From: Halocafeteria seosinensis
Lineage: Eukaryota
DNA: 61,585 nt
Assembly (NCBI GenBank): GCA_001687465.1
Contig: LVLI01000585.1
Coordinates: 1 to 61,585, forward strand
Reading direction: 5' to 3'
In this document: positions 23,661-37,016 of the stretch, in pieces
Position numbering within the stretch: position 1 is the first letter of the stretch
How the letters are laid out: the number at the start of each line of letters is the position of its first letter
Notes under the pieces: generated by a model
Database searches by the model: none
Seen by the model: the letters and a program-made list of their open reading frames with translations, nothing else
What the model was told of the DNA's origin: nothing
Program-made: the position numbers and the translations under genes

Positions 23661-25338
23661 ATGCGTGTACCACGATGTTTTCAGACACTTATAATGCAAG
23701 TTCCACGATACCGGTGGCCTGGTACTTGTACGACAGGATATACAGCAACAGTGGTAGCATTCCACAGTAGGAAACGTGGTTCCCGATACCGATGGTGTGG
23801 TACAACAACTACAACTTGTACACCAGAGGCGGTCGAGCAGTTACCCAAGCGTTTTCGTAAACTTCCACCACTTCCCGTCGTGGAACGGAACGATTCTCAT
23901 ATGAGATTGGACCGCTGGCTTAAGCTTCATTGTTGCCACGCAGATAAAGAAGATCAGAAGCCACAGTACCGTGCTAGAGATATTACACAAAGTGCTTTGC
24001 AAAAAATGGAGCGCCGCGGTGGATTCGCAGTAGTCCGACAAGATGGCTCAGTGTATCGACGAGTTAAATGTCATTTCAAAGTTCTCCCAGGTGATCAAGT
24101 ATTCATTTCATATCCGCATGCTCTTTCAGTCAATTTATCCTTAAAGTCACAAATCCAAAGTCAGATGAGCACCGGAAGTAAGACAAGGTCATCGACGCAG
24201 AAACTGAAGGAATCCCCAGTGTCACCCTCATGGCTTAAGTCTTCAGATATCCTCTTTGCAAACCAAGATATCATCGCCTTGGATAAACCGCCAGGAGTTG
24301 ATTGTATGCCTAATTCCAAACCATCTATTGCTGATGCATATGAGTATTTGAGATTCCTGAGATATGATTACCAGGCGCCAAACAGCGTAAGACTTACGAG
24401 CAACAGTGAAACACCCTTCGCTACACGACAGGCAAACGTCGGACAAAGGATAATAGTTACATCTCTGAGGAGCCAAACCGAGCAAGGGTACCCGCATCTG
24501 CCTGAGGACGGTAATGGCAATGAAACGTATATAGAACTGGATGTATCTCCCGTTCCTGATCAACCAAGACTAGTCCACCGTCTTGACAAAGACGTCCAGG
24601 GAATTCTTATCCTCGCCAGGAACCGACTGGCTGCCTCCACCTTCAGCAGTCATCTCAGAGTAAGCCCAAACGTTCCGTTTTGATCGCCTTCTCAGTGTTC
24701 GAGGTTTACGGCATGCGCTTGTGCAGTATGGAAACATCAAAAAGGAGTATCTGGCTCAGCTATCAAGCCCACTAAATAGTTCATTACCGAAAAGAGGCTA
24801 TATCGTCTTTCCACTCATAGGCGACATTTATCTCAAGACGCGGAACTATCGCAAAGTTGTCTCCCTCTTAGAAAGGCAACAGGGCGAGAAGTCTCCTTCA
24901 GATCCCTCGAAAACCGAACGAAAGGTTTGGGATCTGGATGCTTCAGAACTACTTAAGTTGTTCGGCCAGCAGGGTGAATTGTTTGTAACACCTGAAAACG
25001 ACAAGGACGCCTTGTCCTTGGCGGAAAAGGTAATGAATGCCCCATCAAGGAACGCTTTAGCTGAAGAAGCCGACGCCTCCCTCGCTGTGACAAAATACGA
25101 AATCCTCTCGAAACGTAATCATCCATCAACCTGGGTACGTCTAGAGCCATTGACCGGAAGGAAGCATCAACTCCGTATCCACGCGCTTATGGGGTTAGGT
25201 GCGCCTATTGTAGGGGACATCCGGTACGGTTGGAGACCGGACGAAGACACAAGCAACGTGCAATGGGGACTGCGCTTGTTCTCTCATTCAATCAGCATTC
25301 CTCATCCTTTAGTACCAGAGCTAACGCAACACGGTTGA
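23661..25338 (+). CDS. RluA/RluC/RluD family RNA pseudouridine synthase (probably organellar)
   Basis: S4-like MRLDRWLK, IIALDKPPG, catalytic VHRLDKDVQGILIL, KKEYLA, LEPLTGRKHQLRIH and PIVGDIRYG. Intron at about 24660-24726. Confidence 0.88.
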
Positions 25339-25347
25339 ACCGAATAC

Positions 25348-26804
25348 TCATGACTTCCTTATATTCTTGATTTTGTGATAAGTGTTCGCAAGAGTCTCTT
25401 TCACCATCGTTGAATTAATTAACGAAGGCTTAGGGAGCTTGTCGAACAAGGAGGAGGATCTGGATGCGGCGCCATATGAAGTGGCCCATATACCACGACA
25501 ATACCGTTGAGCTTCACTTTCCGCTTCTACAAGATCCCCGATTTCGTCTGCGAGCAGTTGTCCAACGTTGTTACTGCAACGTACGAAAGCATTTGGGATA
25601 AAATACAGTATAGAACAAAGGATAAAACATCACGGATATCCAGCAAAGCCTTACTCAGTGCTTGCTCGTTCCCCGGTTAGATCCTCCTCCTCGTCTAGAA
25701 TGGCATAGCCTTGCTGCACGATCATTGCAGCTATAGATCTTCTCCTTCTCCAAACGGCTCCCTGGAGATTAAGACAGGGATTTCCAGGCACTACATTTTA
25801 TAACAGGTAGGTAGTATAATAGAACACACCTCCTTGATTTCAAGACGGCAGGTAATCGTATCCGTCCCGTTTGGCCCGGTGACCCACAGCGGAGTGCCAT
25901 AGACCCACTCCCCGTTTTGCACGACAATGCTTTCCATGTAGTGCTGTATCGGAATAAAAAGGAGATTCTCGATGATCATGGCTTATGCTTGGTGTACGGG
26001 CGTACTTTTACATCCTCTGGATCGACGTAGGGCTTAAGTACCTTTATCCCATAGAGTTTCATCGGAATTGATTTATCTGCAGTAACACCCATAGAGCATG
26101 CTAATGACACAAGCTTAAGCTGATCCTCAATAGATGAGTACATACTCTGCAGTTGCTTTGCTTCTATTCGCTTCTTCCCCTTTGTTATCGAGGTCTTCCA
26201 TTGTCTTAGCTTGGGAAAATGAAGGATTTGAAGGACTACATCCAGCTTTTCTTCGGCAGCTTGCGTTGGTGGGTCCACTGACGCTTCAATTCCTTTAGCA
26301 TCTTTCTGAATATTTGTCTTTGACGCTTGGTTCTTGTTAGGCAATTCCACTCGAAGAGCTTTTCCGATTAGCTGTTTCTTGCCCCCAAAAAACGATTCTG
26401 GGAGTTGTGCTGGGGCAGTATAGCGGCGAACCTGTACTCCCTTACAAACTTTTTCAAAAAGACGCACAACTCCATGCTTGGATTTTGACCGTATTCACAC
26501 ATACTGGCGAGGTACGCGACAGCCAAATTGAGCCGCAAACCAGAAAGGTCACAAAGCACCCTGAACGAATGACTCGGAAGTGGTCATCCAGGAAGTCCCT
26601 AGTCCGATCGAAGTACTGACTGACGACTGCATATCACACCGGTAAGCAAGAGAGCAAGTGTAGCGAAGACGGTTAATGAAATAAAACATGCCTATGACCG
26701 TCTGGCGGTCATGGGTCCTTACGTATACGTCCTGTGGATTTGCCTTCATGTCTGGAGCGAGCTTCAACTTGTTCAAATCCACGGTTTTTGTTGTCCTCAC
26801 TCAT
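25348..26804 (-). CDS. C3orf33/LCL3-like staphylococcal-nuclease-fold membrane protein
   Basis: Spliced product MSEDNK...DFLDDHFRVIRSGCFVTFLVCGSIWLSRTSP|VRRYTAPAQLPESFF...QLIGKALRV...LQILHFP...MKLYGI...IVQQGYA...LVEAESEAQRYCRGIW. This parallels C3orf33 (DDHLRLVR, TM helix, FTSSSDIP, IEHIP, VKLAGV, AE...GIW). Confidence 0.65.
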
Positions 26805-27142
26805 AACCCTGTGTTGAAATGAACGGTAGTCCATGTACACGTACTGCTGAAAAAGGACGCTTACGCGCTTGGACAAGCGTTAGCATTGAACACAACCTGG
26901 AGATACACCTTAAGTTGCAGTGGGAAGTCGACTGGCTTTTTGTGAAGGTGCGCTGCGCGCCAAAATATACAGCGAGGTTTATTATATGCAGCGATGCCGC
27001 ATAGTGCTGTACTCTTCAGAGTAACATCTTTGTTGCTCGTGCTTTCAAGTTGAGGAATTTATCAGTACGTTTATGGAATGCCGGCAAAGAAATAACCGAT
27101 ATAACATCCTGTGAAGTTGGAACTGTTCCGCCTTGCACAACG

Positions 27143-27760
27143 ATGCCATTCACGATATATGTGCTGCAGCTAGAATCGGATCCTCCAAGATTCTACGTTG
27201 GCAGAACTTCCTGTCCCTCCGTGAGGCTTGCAGCCCACTGGAGTGGCAACGGATGTCAATTCACGAAGTTGTACCCGCCTCGTCGAGTAGTTCATAAAGA
27301 GCAGGGAGATCGATTGGATGGTTATGATGAAGATGCTTGGGTGAAACGATACATGGAAATATATGGTATTGATTTTGTACGGGGTGGAAGCTATTCTTCG
27401 GTGCATCTCTCCCGAGAGCAAAAGAAGCACCTCCAGCGACAACTTGCCGGTGCTCAGGATTATTGCTTCTTGTGTAATGACAGTAATCACTTCGCCAAGA
27501 ACTGTCCCAACTATCCACCAAAGCAGAGAGAGTCTCTGTTCGGGGAATGCATTACATTGTCAGCCTATGTATCCAGGAGAGGACAGAGGCGGTTCGGAGC
27601 ACGATACAAAACTCCACCGCGGAAACTCATCCGGCGGAGGGTTGATATTGCTGAAGGTCAAACAGGTGAGAGTGACCCGCTCAACAAAATAGGAGGAAAT
27701 ATATGCTTTCGTTGTGGAGTTGATGGGCACTGTATCGTTGAATGTCCAGAAACAGGCTGA
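27143..27760 (+). CDS. GIY-YIG nuclease with two CCHC zinc knuckles (intronless)
   Basis: IYVLQL...FYVGRT...RLAAHWSGNGCQFTKLYPP, EDAWVKRYMEIYGIDFVRGGSYS, CFLCNDSNHFAKNC and CFRCGVDGHCIVEC. Confidence 0.85.
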   Translation: MPFTIYVLQLESDPPRFYVGRTSCPSVRLAAHWSGNGCQFTKLYPPRRVVHKEQGDRLDGYDEDAWVKRYMEIYGIDFVRGGSYSSVHLSREQKKHLQRQLAGAQDYCFLCNDSNHFAKNCPNYPPKQRESLFGECITLSAYVSRRGQRRFGARYKTPPRKLIRRRVDIAEGQTGESDPLNKIGGNICFRCGVDGHCIVECPETG

Positions 27761-28067
27761 GCTCTGGAACGCAGACAACAATCTCGTAGCCGGCAGTGTC
27801 GGGGGACGCACCTTACAACCTCCTAAAAATGAGTGAGCATTGTACTTCTTTGATTCCGTTTCATCGCATAGGCTTTCGACTCTGTTCACGACGTTCGGCA
27901 CCAATTACATCCCTGTTCCCGTGGGAAAGAGTTTCTTCCAGCCTACGCCTGTAACGGGAGACACAGCATGGAGAATAGATATGTAGACTCACCCTCGGGC
28001 GTTTGTATATTCGTTCTTTATGGTTGATGTTGGATTTCATGGTCAGGTTGCACAGTACGGAGGGCCG

Positions 28068-31000
28068 CTATTGCAGGCGCTGCCTCTTAGCGCGCAGCTC
28101 TTTGATCTGTTCCTGGAATGAAAGCTTTGGAGAGCTATAAATTTGAGCCCCGTTGTACACAGTATGAACGAGAACATGGTCTGGGTAATTCATAGCCCTG
28201 AGAATCTTAGGAGTAACAATAATGTACTGGCGTGTCGTCTCTTCTGGGGAGCAGCCATTAAAGACCACACGCAGCAACTCACGTTCATTGTTCTCATCCA
28301 TACCCTGCAAGACTTCCAACGCACAACGGTTAGGAGTAGAACGTCCCATCGAAAAAAACGCTCCGTACCTGGTTGATCTCATCAATGACTCGAAATGGGC
28401 ACCTTGTGAGACTTTGGAGAGAAAGCATGAACACCATAGTGGCCACCGCTCGTTCGCCTCCGGATTGCACTGTTACATTTAGCTCCTGTGGTTCGGCACC
28501 TTTCTTGAAACTGACCATGACGGATAGACCGTAGTCCTCGTAATGGTCTTGCTCTAATAGACAAATCTGCATAGGTATAGCTAGAGCCTTGTGCTTCTTG
28601 CGAAACCGGATAATCTCAAGATCCATACCTTTCCATCATATCCAACCTGTTTCATGAACGCAGTGAATTTCGCTCCGATCTGGGTAACGTAATATTGTAT
28701 TTCCCATTGGGTCTGAATCAATATTTGATCCTGTTAGCATGGCGCGTTTATTCGCATAAAACAAGACAGCGCTACTTACAAATTTCTCGGCAATATCTTT
28801 CTCCAGTTTCGCCACACGTTCTTTTTTCTCCGCAATTAGCCGCTTGGTGTGCTCTACATCTTTCTTCTTTTGCTCGTACCGATCAGCGATACCCCTATCT
28901 TCATCTTGGGAAGTCAACGCTTCCTGCACAAACAAGTCCCGATTGCAATGCAACTAATACAAAACACACTAGTACAAATACACATACGCGCAAACGTTGA
29001 ATCAACTGGTCCAGTTCGAACGGAGAAGTACTCGCATTTGGGTCCATGTGATGCTTCTTGCAAATGTTCTCGCGTTCCTCCAGCCAATCATTGGAGGGGA
29101 AGGGGTCACCTGGCAATTTTAGTTTTCCAAACGTTAGGAAGATGCACCACATGAAGTGGCCTACATCAAACTATAACATACCAACATGTTTGCGTGCCTC
29201 TTGTTCTTTGGCGTGAACATCTTTAAATTTCCGTCGCACGAAATTAATATTGTTTCCAATGTCCCTGTGAGACTTAGCGAGACGATCGCCGTGCAGCAGC
29301 AGATAACATAGAACAAAGACACGTAAACCGTACTTCTCCATGTTTTTCAATTCTTCGATGGTATGCTTTATGCAGTCTTGCAGACCGGCTACCGTTTCAT
29401 GGCTGATCTTGGAAACAACGCGCTTCTTGACGAGTTGTTGCCTGTCCTTTAGAAGAGAAGCGATCTCTGGTTGTTCCTCTGCTAATTGACCGCACAGTTC
29501 GCAAAGTTGCTGAGTGTACTCTCGTTGTTTCTCTTGGATTTCCTCAACGGATTCATTTTTCAGTGCCTGCGAGGGGAGTAATAGTCACCTTGTTTCACAT
29601 GATTGGCGGGCGTTGGAACCCTTACTTCAAGCTCGCGTCTGTCTTTTTCAATCTCCTCCATATGGGATAAACGATCCTTGTCCATCTGTCGATTTTTGTC
29701 CATTTCCTTCTGAAGTTCTTTCTTCCTTTTCATAACTTCATTTTCCTTTTCTTGAGCTTGACGGAGACGAGCAGTAGCCTGCGAAAATGTTGCGTATAAG
29801 GACACATTTCCCATTTCGAAACTAGTTGCACCGTACCTCTTCATATTCCTTACGCGCATCATCAATGCTGTCATTGACACGCTTAAGCTTGTCCTGGTCC
29901 GGCCCAGAATGGAAGCAGGAGTTGTATTCTTGCTGCAGGGATCTATGGTTGATTACAGGAGTGCCAGTCATACAGCCCTCTGTAACAAAGGAGTAGCTTG
30001 TTCATGAAAGCAGCAAAGGGGCACCAGTACATCTTTACAACACTAACCCCTCTTTTCAACCACTGCCTGGGTGGTCAATGCCCGATAGCCTGGAGGGATT
30101 AACTCCCCAATAGCAAAAATGTCTGGCGTTGCTTGCCCCTCGAACAGTAAAACACGGTCGATTGCGCATCTAGATATCAAAAATGAGCGGACAATGTCAG
30201 GACACGAGATAACCTCATCCAGGGTAGCTGCAGCATCCTCTAGTCAGCACGACGTAAAATCAATTACTCAGGTTCAGGTTGCCAACGACCCTTACCTGTA
30301 AGCCCGTTATCTTTCAACTTCTGCAACGTTGTCGGGTCCAAACGACGTGGGTTGGGAGTCTCCCCCTGGCTTAGATACAGTTGTAACTTCTTGCGAACCC
30401 GAGAGTCGCCAAACTGCGTGTCTCACAATGGCTACTCAAAACGATATAAGGCTCATAAAGGGGAGAGGCACTCACATCCTGCTGATAAAGGCGTCTTGAG
30501 TCGTCTGGGGATGAGCATATGAACGTCATTTTTTTGGCAAGGGGAATAAAATTGTCCAATGCTATCCGTGCTAGCCGGGAACTCGGTGTTACATGCACAC
30601 ATAGGGGACCATATACCTGGAAATGTTAGCAGCGTATTTCAGCTGAGACACGCGAGACTAAGCTTGAGATAACTTACATATCCTATCCAGCGGTTGTTCT
30701 TTACATAGTCCCATCCCTTGAGAGCTCCATCAACAACACTGAACCGATTGGCCCGATTTCTTAGGCAGTTTTCCAACCTTTTACGAGACTCCTGAAGTGG
30801 AAAATGATCCTTTGGGTTAGCATCCCAAAACAAGAATGACAAGAACACATTGTTTCAGAACTCACGAGCATTGCATTCTTCTGCTTATCGAGAGAGTTTA
30901 GCCGGTTCTCTAATTCCGTTGTTTTCTCTTCTTCCTGAAGACATAAAGGAGACGGGTGAAGCGTCTCGTCTGTTTAGCTTAGACAGCGTGTAGATTCCGC

Positions 31001-32748
31001 ATACCTGCTGGCGTTCCGCGGCAGCGTCTTCTTCCCGCCGCGAAACATCTCTTATCTTGCCGCGGATTGGCTTGCGCTGGGCTTTCACTTCTTCACTGGG
31101 TGGGATCTCATCTAATTTCTTCTTCCGCACCTCGATGTCGTCCTCTAACGAGGCAATCTGTGAGACAACAGTACTCAAGGATCCCCATGTTCGAGGACAG
31201 CCAGCGACTCCGTATTACGTACTCTATCATCCCTTTCATCCACTTTCTTTTGACAGTGAAGTGCTTCATTGTAGTACTCGTCGATTTGTCCTCGCCGCTT
31301 CCGCACTAGACCGTACAAACTGGAAGAGAAACATACGCTCTCGGTTGCACCAGTTTCATATTCTTTCCTGGAAGAAAAGCACTAACTTGCTGATACTGGC
31401 GTCGATATCCTGTATTTCTTGAGTCACTGATTTCGTGTTTTGCAAGAATTTCCCGGCCTTCTCAGAAAGGGTGTTTACTTCCTTTTTCAGCGCGGTGGCC
31501 CTTTCAGTCGTCTCCTGAAAATAAGTCAAGTTACCAGCGTTACCTAATTATATATCAGCAGCAATCAGCCCCAATTCTTTGATAATAATTTCGTTTTCCT
31601 TACTTGGAGCCGCTTCGAATGCTCTGTGTCCTCATTCTTCAGTTCTTTTTTCTGCTTAACAAGCTGTTTATGCTTGAAAGCAGGTCGATACTCTGTAAGT
31701 CGTTTAATGTCCTCCTTGAGAACTTCCACGTTTCGGTTAGCCTCTTTTCTTAGCTCCAAATGCCGGAGCATAGCTTCCGCAGTTGTCAACGCTTCCTCCT
31801 TCTTCCCAATCATCTGCAGCCAGTGCAACCCTCAATTACATACCTGATTTTTGAAAATCTCCATACCCTCTCTATGTACCTTCTCATGTTCAATTTTCTC
31901 TCTCTGCATCTCCACTAACTCCATATGAGTTTTATGGACGCCCCCATCTGCCATCGTTTTTTCAGTCTCCCTTAAGAGCTGCAGAACTCAAGACGAGGGA
32001 TTTGGTCATTAGCAGTGAGACGATAACGTAATTCGAGCAACATACTGCTTTAGGGGTAAGTTTGGTAAAGTCGCCAACTTTTTCTTGAGGCAGTATCTGG
32101 CACAGCGAATCGACTGCGGAGGCATTTCGACTACAGAAAAATATGGTTGGACACTAGGGACACAGTGCAAAACACAGGCGTACCATGCACACCGAGGCTT
32201 TGTACCAAGTTAGTCACATGCTTGAAGCTCACAGGTCGATCTTCTATGAACCATTCGTAAAAAGGTCCTCGCCGCGCGGAATTCCATTCACGAACAAGCT
32301 GCCGCGTGATAGTTCTGACATTCCTGTCGGCGTCTAGCACAGTCAGCTGGACACATACAAAAAAGATATTCATCTCCGGATGAGTATAGACCAATAACAC
32401 TTAAATGGGTTTTCTCACCTTGATCTTTGCTTCGTTGGCGGTGTTCTTGATGAAACTTGTGATGGATTTACCACGGCTTAAAACTGACCTATGGTCTCCC
32501 CCCAGCCCTAAGACCAGCCCGCAGACCACAGACGATTTTCCACTTCCATTTGGGCCCATGAGAAGGTTGCATGAGCACCCAAAATCAACATGCAGGCGCT
32601 CATGTATCATAAAATTCACCAGAGTGATGGAGAGAAGACTGCCATTGGCATATCTTTCGAGCTCATAGGCGAACGTGGGTCCATCAACCACCACTGTGCT
32701 TTCCCCATTCTCGTGGGCGGCAGACGATGATGACGCTGAGTATGGCAT
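28068..32748 (-). CDS. SMC5: Structural maintenance of chromosomes protein 5 (multi-exon)
   Basis: Walker A MGPNGSGKSS, LCQILPQEKVGDF, coiled coils, signature QSGGERAVATM and PFRVIDEINQ|GMDENNER, then QYIIVTPKIL. Many short introns. Confidence 0.92.
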
Positions 32749-33441
32749 TTTCTCAAGTTCCTATGCTTTGTAAAAACTCAGTAGCACACTATGTGATCAA
32801 TAGCGCACTCTGTATACGCTTGGGAAATGCCGTTTTCCCCTCAAAACTTTATTCAAAGTGCCGTGTATTTGAAAAAAATTGGAACCCGGGGTGAACGATT
32901 TGTTTGTTTCCTTCACGGATTTTTTTGAATTTGAAATTTTGAAGAACGTGAAGATGTTGGAGCGGTTCCGGGTAGGGTTCACCCCACACACAGCCGAGCG
33001 TAACCTGTAGACTAGGCGTCTTCCGGTAGGAGTAATACTACCACTGGTCTAGCAGGTAATACACATATCGGATTAAGAAAAATTCGGACCGAAATTCGCC
33101 CGAATTTCCCCGAAACCGATCCGGCTAGAAGAAAAGATTGTTCTTCACAAGCCAGATCTGAAATTTCAAATTTGTTCCAAACAAAAGCAGAAGCATGGAA
33201 AAAAGAATTGTTGAAAGGAATTCAGCCCTCTGAAAAGCAGCAACGAAAAAACAGTTTTTCGTACATCTTTTGCAAATACAACAAATTTCTTTATTATATA
33301 AAACGTAACTTGGAGGCCTGCTGGGACCCAGACAGTAATACAGGTTAGATAAGTTCCTGGCTTTGAGCGACTCACTTAACGGTTGAACACAAAAGGAATT
33401 TCCTGTTTTGAGGCACTATACGTATATCGGGAGATATAAAG

Positions 33442-34411
33442 ATGGCAGATAGTGGAGCAGAACAAAAGCAAGAAGGAGAATACAAATCTCCCGTTCAGGT
33501 ATGTTAAGTCCCCAATCCCTTTTGTCGCTGGACCCTTGTTCTCCCAGGTGTGTTGGGAATTCTTTTTTCTTGTTTGTGTGATTGAGGGCTTCCTTTCTAG
33601 GCTGTCAAAGGGAAAGAGGATGTACCAGCATGTCCTATCAATGCTGTATATCCTTCTGCTTGATATCTTGAGTGATTCATTGAGGGGAGAGGTTACTGTA
33701 ACTCAGTCTTTCAACCCATGTTGAAGCACCCGCTGGCTCCATCAACTTCAACAACCGCTTGGCTGAAGTTCCGAGCATCTTTAGGAACGCTTGAAGAGGT
33801 TATGAATGTGATCATCCTTTGACCGTTGTGGTAACGTGATGGCACGGAACTGGGGGATGATGAGAGTAGTGGATGGTCAAACCGGCTACTTCCTGGTACC
33901 CTCTTGGTTTTATTGTGCTCGTTTGACATCGCAGGCAAGACTGGAGGCTCGCAAGCAGCAACCGAAAAAGTCTCCTGAAGAAATTGAATGCAAGCTGGAG
34001 AAAAAGCTTTCCAATGCTGAAATGCGGCGTGACGAGAAACTGAAGTCCACTGTTGAGAATGCCCGACAACAGGAGCAACGCGTGGAACAAGCGCAGCATA
34101 AAGCAGCCGAAGCGGAAAAGGAAGAGAAGCGCAAAGTGCAGGAAGAGAGCGAGGCAAGAATGAGAGCTGCTGAGCAAAAAAAGCAAGAAGAGTTAGCAGC
34201 TAAACTTCAACCGGCCGAGAAAGACCTTAGCCGTGTTGAGCAAGCTCGTGAGCGTAAGCACATGAGCGAAGAAGAGAAAAAACAGGCTTTGAAAGAGGAG
34301 CACGACAACAAAATGAAGAAAGCTGAATCGATCAGAGGTGAAAATATAAACCAGAAAGTAGCCAAAGCGGACGCCTTAACGAAGCCAGCTCACGCTCGTG
34401 AGAGCTTGTAA
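33442..34411 (+). CDS. Charged coiled-coil protein with stathmin-like motif
   Basis: Exon MADSGAEQKQEGEYKSPVQ (GTATGT donor at 33499) joins in phase to ARLEARKQQPKKSPEEIECKLEKKLSNAEMRR at 33935. E/K/R-rich helical repeats follow. Confidence 0.55.
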
Positions 34412-34521
34412 GCATTCTCGCCTCAATTTTGGTGCATTTCCCTTGAACAAGAGCTGAAATAGGGAAATGCTCACACGGTATAGTCTCAAATTGAGCAATA
34501 CACATAGTTTATTTTCTTTCG

Positions 34522-35961
34522 TTACTGGTAAAATTCATGCTCTGTATCAGTCTTCTTCACATTCTTCTTATAACCTTCGTCGAAGTCCTGTCCTAACACT
34601 ACATAACGGTTATTGCGTACAGCCTGTAGTCCGGCCTCGGCACATATCGAGCTAATGTCCGCCGAGCTGACCTTTTCTGGTCTGTTAACGTAGTCTTCCA
34701 AGTCCAATTCCTCCGATAGGTTCATCTTAGCAGTACATGCTTGGAAAATGAGCCGTTTCTGCCTCCTGTCGGGTAAAGCACATTCAATCTTTCTATCGAG
34801 CCGTCCAGGACGTAGCAATGCCGGATCTAATGTATCGTGGCGGTTCGTTGCCATAATAATTTTAACATTAGTACTTTGATCAAAGCCATCCATCTGTGTG
34901 AGAAGTTCCAGCAATATGCGTTGCACTTCTCGATCCGCCCCGGTTCCAGAGTCGAATCGTTTTGTTCCTGATAGAACAGCAAGAGAAGTGAAAAGTGCTT
35001 ACGACAGAAGCGAGAGAAAGAAAGAGCACTTACCTATAGCATCAACTTCGTCTATAAAGATGATAGAGGGTGCCTTCTCTTTGGCAAGTCTGAAGACGTC
35101 TCTGACCATCCTGGGACCCTCACCCAAGTATTTCTGAACAAATTCCGAGCCCACAACATGGATAAACGTAGCTGTGGTGGCATTTGCAACGGCTTTGGCC
35201 ATCATTGTCTTTCCAGTACCGGGGGGACCCCATAAGAGCACACCCCGGGGAGGATCTATACCAATCTGTTGGTATAGTTCGAAATGTGTGAGTGGCAGTT
35301 CTACAGCTTCGCGCATTTCTTGTTTCTGGACATCCATTCCTCCAATATCACTATAGGTGACGCTTGGCCGCTCCGTCATTTGCATGGCCTGAATCGTGGA
35401 GTCAGCTTCAGGGGGGAGAACTTCGACCACTGAGTGAGCATGTCTATGGAGAGCCACAGACGCATTCGGTTTCAGTAACTCGCGGTCCAATGTGGAGCGG
35501 ACACGTACATAGTACGTAGAGCCAGAAGTGGATTGGACAATACCTGCAATGCGTCGGAGAACGTCAGCGACACGGCGCAGATCCCAAACCGCGGAGGCCA
35601 ACACGTACCATAATGTTCATCGACCATTTCAAGAAATTGTCCCAACATCAACGGCACGGCACAGATTCTTTTGATTTCTTCACGCGCTCTGACCATCTCC
35701 CTCTTGAGATTCTTCATCTCATCTTTGATGTATTCCTCTTGAATATCCAAGAATTCAGCCTGCTCCTCGCCTTCTTTCACCCGTGAGTAAATGTCTTCTC
35801 CCAAGGGGATGGTCTTGCCATTCTGTATTCATTGCCATACATAAATGATGGGGTCTTACATCCTCGAGTAGACTTCAATAATAACGTACCTTCTTGGCAG
35901 AGACCTCGGGAGCGAGATCTGTGACCACTGTGGACACGGAACTAAGTCCTAATTCCTCCAT
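34522..35961 (-). CDS. RPT3: 26S proteasome regulatory AAA ATPase subunit 6B
   Basis: [63 protein letters not shown] and C-terminal HEFYQ. Confidence 0.97.
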
Positions 35962-36306
35962 TATCTTAGCACGTGCCTTGTTTTCTGTCCTTTCGGTCTT
36001 CAACCACCGGTTTTTGCTTTTCAAAGCCACACACAGGGTTATTTTATTTCACGCAACCTAAGATTATGATACCTTTGGTCAATATAGATCATTCAATCAA
36101 CTCAAGATGTGGGATATAGCGTTCCGATAATGCCTGAAAAAGGGAAAACGAAGAGACGAAGAAAGGATTGACATGTGCTGAACACCGGCGAAGCGCCAGA
36201 TCTGCAGTCCATTCCCTACAAAAGAGAGACATCACAGAAACGTATCGTTCGCCGTATCAATATCATTGAATACTATATTTTACATACGTCGTTGAATTGG
36301 TGGAAA

Positions 36307-36751
36307 ATGGCGTCTCGTGCACTTACATTGGCTCTCCGAAGCCAAGGCATGAGGAGATTGGCAGCAGCGCCAACTCCATGCACTACCATGGTAGCCAAGA
36401 GGTCTATCAGTGCAACACCCGTTGTACAAGGAGGTGACGGACACCATCACTACATGTTCGACCCTGAGAATTATAATATGCTAGGCGCTCCATGTAAGTC
36501 CTCCATTCCTCACCCGTAACACGTCCCCCTATGGGTCCCTGTCCCCAGGGACATCTTGCCCCCTTTGGCTGCCCTATATGAATCGCTTCGGCCCTTTTTG
36601 CCATCTGATGGATTCCTAGAATGACCTTAGAACTGTATTATGGCGATATTTTGGTGCAGTGATGATCCTATTAGGTGTACTTCCTGGAGGTCTTGGACTG
36701 ATAGTATTCGCTCATAAAACCCAGATGAACAAATGGTCACCACCAGAATAA
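36307..36751 (+). CDS. Small single-TM mitochondrial protein, possibly cytochrome c oxidase VIIc-like
   Basis: Arg/Ala/Ser-rich presequence MASRALTLALRSQGMRR...RSISATPVVQGGDGHHHY. Intron 36494-36659, then hydrophobic LMILLGVLPGGLGLIVFAHKTQMNKW. Confidence 0.55.
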
Positions 36752-37016
36752 TGGCCTTCAATGTCGTACAAGGATTGGAGCGTGATAATTGTTTTGTTAG
36801 ACGTGGGATCGTTATGATGGGAAGGAATAAAGCCGAGACGACGAGTATGGGATAATGGCGTGTCAGGCAACGCTTTTTGCTAAAAAAAACAAACAAAAAA
36901 AATCAAAAAAATCGGAGGATACTACGGCGCGAAATAGACAACGTCCAGAGTTACACATTATGATGTAAATATTGTTCTTTGTGGTATGCACACAGGTCTC
37001 GGTTCGATGTACAGCA

